Below are positions 10,942-22,132 of a stretch of 64,000 nucleotides of DNA, piece by piece; position 1 is the stretch's first letter, and each line of letters begins with the position of its first letter. The notes beneath the pieces were generated by a model. The model was not told where the DNA came from and ran no database searches. It worked only from the letters and a program-made list of their open reading frames with translations. The position numbers and the translations under genes were made by a program. The stretch lies in contig NW_003314264.1 in assembly GCF_000143415.4 (NCBI RefSeq), forward strand, positions 3,419,710 through 3,483,709, read 5' to 3'. This DNA comes from Selaginella moellendorffii (lineage: Eukaryota; Plantae; Lycopodiophyta).

Positions 10942-12630
10942 TTAACCAACGCAAAGATTTGAGAATACAACATACGAGGCAGGATTATCATCGTGCTCTT
11001 GTTCTAGTGAAACCCTTATCATCTCCCCTTGAACTCTACAAGCGCCAGCCACACTTCTCCAGCTCACAGCATCGGGCTCAAATGGCATGCCGTGGAAGAG
11101 CTCCTCGGCACGCTCCAGCTGCCCGGCCCGAGCCAGGACATCGATCACGATCATGTAGAGCTCGGGAGTGAGAAAGATTCCATCGTAGTCACTAGCTATG
11201 GTCGCAAAACAGTGACATGCTACTTCCACCATGCCTGCGTGACTACACGCACATAGAACACTGACAAAGGTCGAATCTATGGGAGAAATCCCGTCGAGGA
11301 TCATCAACGCAAACAGCCACAGCGTGTCGAGAGCTCCACCGCTTGCGGCATGAGCAGCGATCAGGGCATTCCACGAGACGGCATCACGATGGAGGTCGTG
11401 GACGAAGAAGAGATCTCTCGCCACCTCCAGCTTCCCACATTTCGCATACATATCAAGAACGGCGGTTCTCATCGACAGATCGGTGTCGAGTTTCTGTTCC
11501 ACGATCTCTTCGTGGATGATTCTTCCCACGGATAGCGATGGAATGCTCGCGCAGGAGTTGAGAGCTGCGAGAATCGCTATGTGGTCGATCCTAACACCCT
11601 CGAGATCCATCGCGAGAAACAGCCAGAGAGCTTGCTCGTGATGCCCGTTCCGGGCATAAGCGTGGATCATTGCAGTCCAGCCCACTGGATCATTGGATTG
11701 AAATGAGCAAAAGAACTCCCGCGCTTTCTCAAGATTTCCATTGTCGGAGTAGCCTCCCAGCATAACAGTGCACGAAACATCGTCTTGCTCGGGCATTCTA
11801 TCGAATATCCTCCTCGCCATAGCCACATTTCCGTTCCTGGCGTAGGCTTGGAGCATCCCAGTCCAGGACACGATATCTCTCCGCGGGATCTCATCGAACA
11901 GAGCTTTCGATTCCTCGATCCGGCCCTGGCGTCCCAGTTCCTGGAACAAATCCATCCATGCCAGTGCATCCCTTTGGGGGATTCTGCGGAAGAGCTCCTT
12001 CGCTTGCTCGAGCTTACCCTCTTTGGTCAACCCAGCCAGCACCGTGTTCCACGACACGAAATCTCGCCCTGCCATCTCGCCAAGCAGCAAATCCATTGCG
12101 ATCGAGGCGTGGCCGTGCTGCGCATACGCCGAGATAACAGTATTGAGCGAAATCACATCAGGTTTCTCGATCCTGGCGAAGATCTTTGCAGCGCTCTCGA
12201 CATGCCCTCGCTGGGCATACGCAGCGAGCATGATATTCCAAGAAACGTTGTCGCGATCCGGGATCTGGTCGAAGCAGTGCCTGGCTTGGACGAGATCGTT
12301 GCTTTGGACAAATGCCCGGATCATCGTGTTCCACGAAACCACATTTCGATGTGGCATTCGATCAAAGGCCTCCTCTCCTCTGCGACAGTGCCCTCTCTGG
12401 GCATTTGCCGTGACCATAATATTCCAGGAGTAAATATTTCGCTGGGAGATGCGATCGAAGGCGAGTCGAGCTTGATCCAGGCAGCCGCACTGCGCATACA
12501 TGGCGACGAGGAGATTCCCAATGAGAGTATTGCGATCGGCGCCATCTCTCTTAAGCTGCGAGTGGAGGCGCTTGCCCTCGAGCAATGCCCTGCTAGCAGC
12601 ATACTGGCGAACAAGAGAGGCGGCATTCAT
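10942..12630 (-). CDS. PLS-class PPR protein (tandem S-motif array, shortened E domain)
   Basis: 562-aa ORF; ~31-aa repeats (RNIYSWNIM, RNVVSWNTM, RDNVSWNIM, RDIVSWTGM); CACSHAG; IDVLARAGQLERAEEL..MPFEPD; ASYVVFSN. Confidence 0.9.
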   Translation of the reverse strand: MNAASLVRQYAASRALLEGKRLHSQLKRDGADRNTLIGNLLVAMYAQCGCLDQARLAFDRISQRNIYSWNIMVTANAQRGHCRRGEEAFDRMPHRNVVSWNTMIRAFVQSNDLVQARHCFDQIPDRDNVSWNIMLAAYAQRGHVESAAKIFARIEKPDVISLNTVISAYAQHGHASIAMDLLLGEMAGRDFVSWNTVLAGLTKEGKLEQAKELFRRIPQRDALAWMDLFQELGRQGRIEESKALFDEIPRRDIVSWTGMLQAYARNGNVAMARRIFDRMPEQDDVSCTVMLGGYSDNGNLEKAREFFCSFQSNDPVGWTAMIHAYARNGHHEQALWLFLAMDLEGVRIDHIAILAALNSCASIPSLSVGRIIHEEIVEQKLDTDLSMRTAVLDMYAKCGKLEVARDLFFVHDLHRDAVSWNALIAAHAASGGALDTLWLFALMILDGISPIDSTFVSVLCACSHAGMVEVACHCFATIASDYDGIFLTPELYMIVIDVLARAGQLERAEELFHGMPFEPDAVSWRSVAGACRVQGEMIRVSLEQEHDDNPASYVVFSNLCVG

Positions 12631-12682
12631 TAATCGCCATTAGGGTTTAGGGTTTATTCGATGGCGATCTAGCGAGATCACA
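12631..12682. promoter_or_regulatory. 52-bp divergent intergenic spacer with a double telo-box
   Basis: tagggtttagggttt at 12641-12655 between the PPR ATG (12630, -) and the protease ATG (12683, +). Confidence 0.6.
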
Positions 12683-14752
12683 ATGGCGCTGTTTAGATCG
12701 CTAGGTAGAGCCTCTCGGGCAGCTGCTGCGCGGTTGTCCAAAAACAGCGTTAGATCGTGTAGCTCCCAGGCTCCTCCCCGGATTTTAGGAAGTAGGAGAT
12801 TTTGCGATGCTCTGGGGCGGCCGAGCGGCAGCCGGCATTCGTGCCGGCATTTTTGTAGCGCGGTGCCGCCGATTTTTCTGGAGGACTTGGATGTTGAGAG
12901 GAGAGATCCCCAGGGTGGATTGGACGCTGCCCTCAACAGTGTCGTCAAGATTTTCACGGTGTCGAGCAGCCCGAACTACGTTTTGCCTTGGCAGAAGAAG
13001 CCTCTCCGCGAACTCACTGGCTCCGGTATGATTTTCTTCTTCTCTTTCGATTTTTCCTGGAGTGAACTCTTTCTTGCTTTTCCAGGATTTGCGATCGCTG
13101 ACAGGAGAATCCTTACGAATGCACACGTCGTCGCGGATCATAGCTATGTCATGGTCCGCAAGCATGGATCGGCCGTCAAGTTTCGTGCCAAAGTTCAAGC
13201 TGTTGGACACGAGTGTGATCTAGCGCTACTCCGGGTTGACGATGATGACTTTTGGGAAGGGATTGAGCCGCTTGAGCTGGGTGATATCCCATTCTTGCAA
13301 GACTCAGTCGCTACCGTGGGCTATCCTCAAGGTGAAAGAAAAGTTGTTTCTCTACCCGTGTTAGTTTAAGCTGACTCCTCCTTGCTTTCAGGTGGCGATA
13401 ATATTTGTGTGACTAGAGGCGTGGTTTCAAGAGTCGAGCCCGTGCAGTACATCCACGGTGGATCTCATCTGATAGCTATACAAATTGATGCTGCTGTTAA
13501 TCCAGGAAACAGTGGCGGTCCGGCTATGTATAATAATACAGTCGTTGGAGTTGTGTTCCAAAATCTTTCCAATGCTGAAAACGTTGGGTAAGGAAGCTGA
13601 AATTGTCTTTCTTCTTTGTCTCGAGCTTGTGCTTTTATACAGATATATTATTCCCGTGCCAGTCATCAAGCACTTTCTGAGCGATGTAGAAGAAAGGGGA
13701 CGATACATAGGCTTTTGCGGCTTAGGACTCGTGTGCCAATCAACTGAAAACAAGCAGCTGAGGGATCACTTGAAGATGGATTCGAAAAAAACCGGTGTGC
13801 TTGTGAGCAAGGTGTACCCTCTGACGGAGGTGAGCAACTACATCAAAAAGGACGACGTCTTGCTTGCCTTTGATGGTGTCCTTATCGCAAATGATGGCTC
13901 AGGTATGTTTCTGCGGCGTTTTTCCTTTCTAACGGTGAATCATTTTGCAGTTACTTTTCGAAACAGGGAGAGAATCTCTTTTGTGCACTTAGTGACCATG
14001 AAAAGAGAAGGCGAGTCCGCTGCTTTACGAGTTTTGAGAGATGGAAAGGAGATCAATTTTAACGTTAAGCTCGCTCCGGTATTATTCATTATTGGTATCA
14101 CTGCCGAGAACTAACGTTGTGTGTGTGCTCCTTTCAAGGTGAAACCTTTGGTACCAAATCACCAGTTCGAGCGCCTTCCAAGTTATTACATATTTGCCGG
14201 TCTGGTCTTTGTGCCACTTACATTACCATACTTGCACGAATATGGTGACGATTGGTACAACGCTTCACCCAGACGGCTTTGTGATCGGACCTTCTCCAAG
14301 ATGCCGAAAAAACCAGGAGAACAGTTCGTCATCATGTCACAAGTAAGCTACCAAAACTCTTATTGTTGACGATACAAAAAAACTCTGTTCATAGGTACTC
14401 ATCGATGACATCAATGCGGGGTACGAGAGGCTCGCTGAGCTCCAGGTACATTTCTGGATTCTAGTATGTTATGGAGACCATTTTGTTTATACAGGTGAAA
14501 CAAGTCAATGGCGAGAAGATTGTGAATCTTCAGCACCTCAGGCGCCTTGTCGAAGGGTGCAAAGAGCCTTACATTCGGTTTGATTTGGATGATGGACGGG
14601 TTATCGTGCTGAAGTATGAATCTGCGAAGGAGGCCTCGTTGCGCATTTTGCAGAACCATCGAATATCGTCAGCGGTGTCCACGGACCTCTTGGAAGCAGA
14701 TAAAGAGGAGGAATCAAGCGACGATGCTGAGAAGGAAGTAGGGACCTTGTGA
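12683..14752 (+). CDS. DEG10: Deg/HtrA serine protease, DEG10-like (multi-exon)
   Basis: [26 protein letters not shown] (His), GHECDLA (Asp), [15 protein letters not shown] (Ser), PDZ regions; short GT-AG introns; presequence-like N-terminus. Confidence 0.9.
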
Positions 14753-14988
14753 TAAGCGTCCTGCGTCTTGTCTTTTCGAGGTGCAGTGCACGATTTTTAT
14801 TTCTTGTCACAGTTCGATTCTTCCGCACTGCGAGGATTCGCAAGAGTTTGTCCAGTGGATTTCTCACAGGCTAAGCAGGAATTTTGCTGATCCCGTCCTG
14901 GTACGTCTTTGAACAAGGAATAAAGAAAATAAAAAACATTTAACTTCGCTTTTTCTACAGGAATTTACAAAAGTGTGTTCCACCACCT

Positions 14989-16227
14989 CTAAAAGAGGAT
15001 TCCGGCTGTGGCTGCTCCCCGGGGTATTGACGGAAGCTCGTCCTTTCGTCCTAGCCTGTGCACAACCTTCTGGTGAAACAGCTCTCCGTCCTCTCGGAGC
15101 TCCACCGGCAACCTCAGCGTTCTCTGGATCGTGTCCTGGACATCGGTGTAGTACCCGGCACAGTCCCTGTACATCTCGAAGATCATTCCCAGCTGCATGT
15201 CGTGCGAGACACATCCGGCGAAGAATGCCCCGATGCTCAGCAGCGAGGCCGGTATGGGATGAGAGTTCGCAAGGTTGGCGATCCCAGCGAGCAAAGCCAT
15301 GGCCGGACCAGCGATGGCGAGTCCCTTGTTCACGCTCAAGATGATCCGACACATCTTCAAGTAGTTCTCCACGTCCTTGTCCAGGAGGCTGGAGACGCGC
15401 AGCAAGTCCTCCTCGATCTTCCGGCTCCAGCCATTCGAACTGGACGTCTCGGAGGCGACGCGGATGATCGGGGCGGAGGGGTCGTAGCTTGTCCCGGAAG
15501 GTGAGGGGGAGATCTTCTCCGGGAACTTTGGAAGGCCGCCGGGGGTGAGGGGGAGGGGATAGGCCTGGTCCAGGGCGTGGAACTTCGAGATCCTGTCCTG
15601 GAAGAAGAGCCTCGAGTCCTCCCGGAGGGACGGGGAGATGGCCAGCGTGGAGTCGATCTCCTGGAAGAGGTTAGCGAACTGGCGTGCCGCGGTGCGCTGC
15701 TCCTCGGCGAGCTGCGATGGCTGGAACTTGTTCACGGCGGCCATGACGAGAGCTGCGAAGACGTCGAGGAGCCCCGCCGAGAGCGCCAGGCTGAGGCCGT
15801 GAATGGAAGATCCGTTTAGAGCGGAGAGGACGCCCGCGGTCACCGTTGCCAGGCGGAGGCTGCCTTGGAAGAGCTTGTTCCAGTCGTCTCGCTGCTGGGC
15901 GATGATGGAGTGCATCTCCTTGCGGTCAGAGATGGAGGCCTGGAGGATCCGGAGCTTGGCGAGAAGCTTCTGGTTCTCGAGCATCGCGGATTCGTCGAGC
16001 CAGCCCTTGAAGACGTCGGCTGCTGGCTGGACTCTCTCCACGGCGGGCGAGAGCTTCACTGCATTGATCTTTGAGGAGGAGCAAACTTGGGACGGACCCG
16101 TTGACACTGCTGACCGAGGAGGAGTTTTGATCCTTGAGAGTGGCGAAAAGCCATAGCTTTCTCCTCCTCCAACAGCCTTTATCCCCATGGCTTGGGCGCT
16201 GATGTTAATCTGCGAGGACATCGCCAT
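14989..16227 (-). CDS. At4g22030-like ('petal formation-expressed' family) protein
   Basis: ISDRKEMHSIIAQQRDDWNKL, VNKFQPSQLAEEQRTAARQF, ALDQAYPLPL, NGWS, QLGMIFEMYRDCAG, REDGELF; likely ATG at 16227; TATAAA on the minus strand near 16351. Confidence 0.8.
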   Translation of the reverse strand: MAMSSQINISAQAMGIKAVGGGESYGFSPLSRIKTPPRSAVSTGPSQVCSSSKINAVKLSPAVERVQPAADVFKGWLDESAMLENQKLLAKLRILQASISDRKEMHSIIAQQRDDWNKLFQGSLRLATVTAGVLSALNGSSIHGLSLALSAGLLDVFAALVMAAVNKFQPSQLAEEQRTAARQFANLFQEIDSTLAISPSLREDSRLFFQDRISKFHALDQAYPLPLTPGGLPKFPEKISPSPSGTSYDPSAPIIRVASETSSSNGWSRKIEEDLLRVSSLLDKDVENYLKMCRIILSVNKGLAIAGPAMALLAGIANLANSHPIPASLLSIGAFFAGCVSHDMQLGMIFEMYRDCAGYYTDVQDTIQRTLRLPVELREDGELFHQKVVHRLGRKDELPSIPRGAATAGILF

Positions 16228-16623
16228 AGCTCCAATGATTTGCAGCTCTTGTCGAGGTATCTTGCAGAGGTGGAAGACAGCCTGGTGTGAGAGCGAGAGA
16301 AAACGGATGAAATGAGATATATGTGCCCCTAGAACAAGGGGATAGCAGATTTTATAGTCCGGAATGGAAAGAGCCGGCAATCACGGCCGTGATTCCGGAA
16401 TGGAAGCTTGCACTCCCGCGTGGACTGGGAATAGTCTTGACCGGAACAAGCGATGGCGATAGTCAACAAGAAGACCAAGCAAAGTTTAAAGGTTGTAGTC
16501 AACAAAGCCAAAGACTAAGCACTTAGTAAAGCGTAAACAAGCGTCACTTTATTAGCCGTAGTTATCAACAAAGGCGAAGACTAAACAAGATTAGCAGTAG
16601 TAGGCTATACAGCATATCCTTTG

Positions 16624-16846
16624 GCGCGATTGACTTACAACGAAGGCGAAGACCAGGTAAAAGCAAGCTTCTCTTATTTATCCTTTCCCGCGCGATTGAC
16701 TTACAACGAAGGCGAAGACCAGGTAAAAGCAAGCTTCTCTTATTTATCCTTTCCCGCGCGATTGACTTACAACGAAGGCGAAGACCAGGTAAAAGCAAGC
16801 TTCTCTTATTAGTTTACAGTGTATCCTTTCCCGCGCGATTGACTTA
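16624..16846. repeat. 66-bp tandem repeat, 3 copies plus a partial
   Basis: Unit gcgcgattgacttacaacgaaggcgaagaccaggtaaaagcaagcttctcttatttatcctttccc starts at 16624, 16690 and 16756; the third copy has an ~11-bp insertion. Confidence 0.95.
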
Positions 16847-17483
16847 GAATTCCTCCACTTCCAAGGCATCCTTGAGAACTTCATACACCTCTCTGGGTCG
16901 CGACTTCTTCATCCCCACCGAGAAGTAGACCTTGTCGCCGGGATGATCCGTGGGGACGGAGATGGCGGCCACCTTGACCCAGATGAGAACTTTGGTCTTG
17001 ATGCCCTCCACGTCCACGAGCTTGCCGTGCTGGAGAGTGGCGGTGACTGTGGCGGCGTACCTCAGAATGGACGAGTCCCGGAAGCAGCACTCGCAGATCC
17101 ATGGGAGCATCACGGTGAGCTTGCCGGTGGCCTCGTCGAATTCGTAGTGCGTGGCGTTCTTGGGGAAGATCCCTCGCGGGAGATTGTAGCTGTGGAGGAG
17201 ATCGGGGAGAGGTGTTTGCATCCTTCCTGAGAGTGTGAGAAAATGGAATTTGTTACTGTGGGGAATGTGGATCGAACGGCACCTTTTAGGCGGTTGAAGA
17301 GAAGCTTGGCGCTCGTCTCTACGGTGGAAGATAGGGACTGTTGCAAGGGAGGTGTAAGGGAATCGAAAAAAAGACCTAGAATGCAGCAAACCATACATTG
17401 AAATCGTCGCCGATGGAGTTCATCTCCTTCTTTGCCCGCCGTGCCAGCAAGAAGCTACTCGCTTTGGAGAGTGCGCCCTCCAT
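16844..17483 (-). CDS. DUF538 protein, At5g01610-like (3 exons: 17483-17397, 17337-17283, 17226-16844)
   Basis: MEGALSKASSFLLARRAKKEMNSIGDDFN..MQTPLPDLLHSYNLPRGIFP..YEFDE..DSSILRY..DVEGIKTKVLIWVKV..GMKKSR. Confidence 0.85.
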
Positions 17484-17544
17484 CTCCCTCTGCCCAAAGA
17501 ACCCTAAAAAGCTTTGCCCTAAATGGTAAATTCAAACACTATAC

Positions 17545-18970
17545 TACCAATTTAATCTACATTGCTTAGAAACTTTAGCGTCTCTTTTGGAAGAGCTTGT
17601 GTGAACAAACCATTCCTCACCATTGTTGAAGTTGAACATTTCCGTGCCCAAGAGGAGGTTTGATCTGAAGCCTGCCAATCTCTTGCTTGCCTTGTCCTCT
17701 CCATAGGCCTTTGCAAACAAGGCGTGAACTTGGTCGAATTTGGCATCCAGATTTCTCATCCAGGCTTCACTGCAAAGTCCCAATAGTGTGAAGCGAGTCA
17801 ATATGTTTTCTAGATGGTTACCAAGATCTTCCTTGATGGGTTCCATTTACTCGCCAGTGATCGAGGATCACAAAATCGTCCTGGAAATATAATGGCAATG
17901 CGTCTGCCAGCATCCTGTTGCCCGCTGTCTAGAGATTTTTACAAGCAGCAGAGATTTATGTAGTAAACGAGCAAAGAAACAAAAGGCTTTTTGCGAGAAT
18001 TACCGTGCGGTATGCAAATAGCTTGTGGCAAGCATGTTCCACGAATAAGAGACCTCCTTCATTCATAAGATTGGAGACTATCTTCATAAACTTTTGATAG
18101 TTTGTCATGTGCTGCGCAAATTTTCAACAAGTTAGAACATCAATGATGGAAGATTTAATATTATGCCTCGAAAACGCCGATGCAGAAGATCCTGTCGAAA
18201 GTCTGCGTGATTTTGGTGCTTGTTATGTCGCAATCAATTGCCTCAACGTTTACCAGGCCTCTTTTTCTACGATACAAAGAAAAACGACGAGATCAACTGT
18301 GGCACCAGAAAAGAAAGAGGAGGAAACTGCTTGTTGAACCTGCATTCCTCTCGGATGTGCTCAGTTTGAACTCTCGAATCGGATATGGAAGTAATCTGGC
18401 AGGAAGGAAACCTTTGCGCGATATACAAAACCAGTCCGCCATAGCCAGATCCAAGATACGCTGCCCGCCCTCGATTCGTGCTCTGTCGCAGCACAGCTTA
18501 AACATGGCTTCCTCGGCTTGCTCGTCCGTGAACGAAGGATCCTCGTACAACAAGATCCTCGTACAACAAGCAGCTGATCATTCAGTTTTGAGCATTCTAA
18601 TTGTCATGAGATTTATGATCAAATCTTGGGTTCTTCTTACCTGTACTTGAGATGCTTTCTAAGAAGGAGTTTGAAGAAGTCAACATCATAGAGCTCGTCC
18701 CGGAAAGAGCCCCTTGCTTCCATGACGGGCATTTGCTTGGCATCTACAAAACAAGATGTGACAAATCGATTGATTCGACTAGAATGAGAGGGAGAACTTA
18801 CTCTGGACGAAATTAACAAGGCCCTGGAGCTGCTCTTCTGCAGAGAGTCCGTACAAGTAGCGGAGCTGCAATGCCACATCCTGGCGGATTAGCCTTCGCA
18901 CTAGAAAATCTGGCAGCTTTTGTAGGACTGGGTGCAACACCCCGACAGGCTCGAGCACCAGCGTTTCCAT
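17545..18970 (-). pseudogene. Coclaurine N-methyltransferase / CFA-synthase-like SAM methyltransferase, frameshifted
   Basis: LPDFLVRRLIR, FFKLLLRKHLKYS, AEEAMFKLCCDRARIEGGQRILDL, MFNFNNGEEWFV; 16-bp duplication (gatcctcgtacaacaa x2, about 18538-18569) and a frameshift inside the SAM-binding motif. Confidence 0.75.
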
Positions 18971-19399
18971 GATTCTCAATTCTCTCCGTTTGCTCTCCGC
19001 TTCAGTGGGCAATGCTGACGCTACTTGCGCAGCGTAGAAAATATAAACTATTTTAAAAATGTTTTGAAAACAAAAGGATTGGTAATGATTGAACCTAATA
19101 AGCTAATCCAATTGATGGCTCGTACGTACTTACAATTTTTCTTGCCTCCTGACATTGTTTTCTCTTATATGATGCCCATTATTTGCCAAAAAGGAAGCTT
19201 TTTCCTTTTTTTTTTGTCTTTCCTATCTTGAACCAATATATATACAGTCCACTTGTGCTGCATGGGACATGGATGCAATGCATGGTTCAACAAAAAGAAT
19301 AAGAAAAAGCTTTGATATATTTTATGAAGACCCACTAAGCATTAAATTTATTGGCTAATTCCTGATATAGGTGTTTTGAACATGGCTATAACAATTATT

Positions 19400-21050
19400 A
19401 TAATAAATCAAGATATATATAAAAAAAAGTTCAGCTTGTTAAGTATCGTACCAAACCTTATAAATTTGCAATCTAAATTGCCATAATACACAATACAATC
19501 CCTTCCACAGAGTAAAAATCCCTTCAAACAAATTATATATTGTAAGATTGGGAAAATGAATTAACATTATATCATCCATTTTATACTCTACAAGTGGATG
19601 ATAATAAAAATTGTAATGCCATTGTTGTCCCACTTGTACATAACCCAAATTTTCAACAACTCCATTTGAACCAATGGAAGAATACTCATTAAATAATGAT
19701 CCTAAAATTTTATTAACAACTCATAACATTTCAAATATAACCTCAAATGGTAATATCATACCATTTTTATATAGAAGTTTATATGGTGAAGCACCGATAT
19801 AATTCATGACAAACTATTATAAAATAAAATAAATATAAAATAGTATGAAACAAAGGGGAAAAACCTTAAAGCCATATTTAATATAATTGCACTGTAACTA
19901 ATTTGTATAAAGGAAGGTCAAATGTTTAATTCAACACCATCTATAACGATTGAAGCTCAAACTCAAGATCACATGTATGCACAATTAAGTCTGCACTATT
20001 CCACACACACATATATGTATGTATATATATGTATATGTATGTGTATGTATGTACATATGTATGTATATATGTATATATATACATGTATGTATATAGTTAT
20101 TGTTATTGCTACACATTGTTATTTACAATTGTATCATGTAGTAAAGTTGGTCTTCATTCTTTATAAGCCAAATAATAAAAAATAAACTCAAACCTATATC
20201 AACTAACATAGACAAAATAATATTGCTATAAAAATGAGATTGGGAAGTAAATATTAAATGAATTGGTGCTAAATGAACCCCTTGATAGTACTTCCAAAAA
20301 AGAGATAAAGGGATTACTAACTTATTCAAGCAATGATCTTCCACTACTCATAGAAATATTTATTTGTTAAGACCTTCCATCACAACAACACTAATGCCAT
20401 AGCCATAATTATATTTTCACCCTTGTCCTTTAACATGGGTAGCAATAGCATCAATCTCTATCAGAACATGAATATCTCCCATTAGGAGTAGAGTTGAAAT
20501 ATGTATAGCTATAAATGGGAAACATAATGTTTTATAGCATTATGTTAGTCAAATAATGCTATCAAGGGTAACTAGAGTAAGTGTACAAGTCTTATAAAAT
20601 TTTGATAAAACATTAGCCACAATATGCCTAATTTGATTTGCTTTAAAATATTTTGCTTCACACGAAGCAAGAAACTTTAGAAGTGAACACCAAATTACAT
20701 AATTAACTTAAACAACTTTTGACAAGGATTTTACAATTGTTAAAAAGGCATTGTCATAGTCATTAGCATATTTGAATGGGTGCTTAAAGATATACAATAA
20801 AAGACTCTAATTCACATAAATGGTTGCATTTATACCATTATATCATTGCAATGTTGTCAATTGAGAAACATGTGTAAACTTTGAATTTAGACTTCTTAAG
20901 AAATCATTTAGCTAATTTTTAACTCCAAATATCCTAAAACTCTTAATCAATTAAGAAAAAAATGTGATCTTTTATTTATGGGCCCTTTCCTTTTATATTT
21001 GAACCCTAATAAATCATTCTTTACTATCTGGGAAACTAGTGGGCATCATC
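19400..21050 (-). mobile_element. Second decayed gypsy-like relic related to the 6.5-10.2 kb one, in opposite orientation
   Basis: Reverse complement of 19440-19800 aligns with 9570-9930 (atgtacaagt..acaacaatggca..agtataaa.tggatga..attttcccaat); 20875-21030 aligns with the reverse complement of 7230-7385. Confidence 0.7.
20003..20095. repeat. Compound (CA)/(TA)/(TATG) microsatellite
   Basis: acacacacatatatgtatgtatatatatgtatatgtatgtgtatgtatgtac... Confidence 0.9.
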
Positions 21051-22132
21051 CCAAAAGTTATAGATGGTATTCATTATGAAATGATCAAACCAATTATATA
21101 TATCATTCTCAGAATTTTTATGGAAAAAATCTAGATGGATGCGAGGATTAGCAGCAAAGATAAAAAAGATGCACTATATGCCATGAAATCTACTACCAAT
21201 TAAGTTTGATTATTCAATTGCAACTATACAACATTGAATCATTGCACCAATTGTTACTCTAAAATCAAAGAAGAAGGATATGATTAGTATGCTACTTTAC
21301 TATGAAAATGAACAAAAAGAAAAAAAGTAAAAGAGAAGAAACAAATAGTCAAATCATATTTCAATTGCTATAAAAGTGATGTCTATGTGTATTCATTTGG
21401 ATGGCTTTTATAAGCTCTATCACATTATAATAAGAGCTGCCCCTTAACTCTAACAATATGAATGTATAGAATATTGAAATATGTATATTCAATTAGCCTT
21501 AAAACCCTAGAAGAGTATTATCATGTTAATAATAATATATTCTCACAGTTTGAATTTATAATAATATTTAACTGAAAAACCTAGAAATAATTATGAAATA
21601 AAACTAAAATAAAAAATAAAACAAAAAATATGTTATAAGTGTTGAATGAAAAGTCAATATAAACACCAACTAATAGTTTATATTCATTTATTTCATATTT
21701 TATCGTTTAATAATGAATTCAGATATAATAACTAAAAGTGGTAGGTAAATAAAAAATTGGGTTAGATGAATATATCTAATTGCAAATAGATAAGTATTTC
21801 GTATATAAAATCTATATATTATGTAATAATTTAAATAAATTTTATTATTATATTTTGTTTCTACTTGATCAAAGATATATAATATCCTCAAAAATACAAA
21901 AAAATTGCACTATAAATACTACAACAAACTGAGTAATTTTATAGAAGTCACAAATCAGGAAAAAAAAAAAAAGACTTAATAAGAACAAAATATTAGAGGA
22001 ATAGACATGGTTTATTTTGTAATGGACAAAAATATAATCTAATTTTGATTATTAAACTATCTTGTGTTGTTATATACTATCATATATTATTTTAATATAA
22101 CTGCATTTTTGTAAATATAAATATGAGTAAAG

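Noticed and set aside
16624-16846. Possible CRISPR-like array
   Set aside because: Units are contiguous with no unique spacers, no cas genes, eukaryotic context
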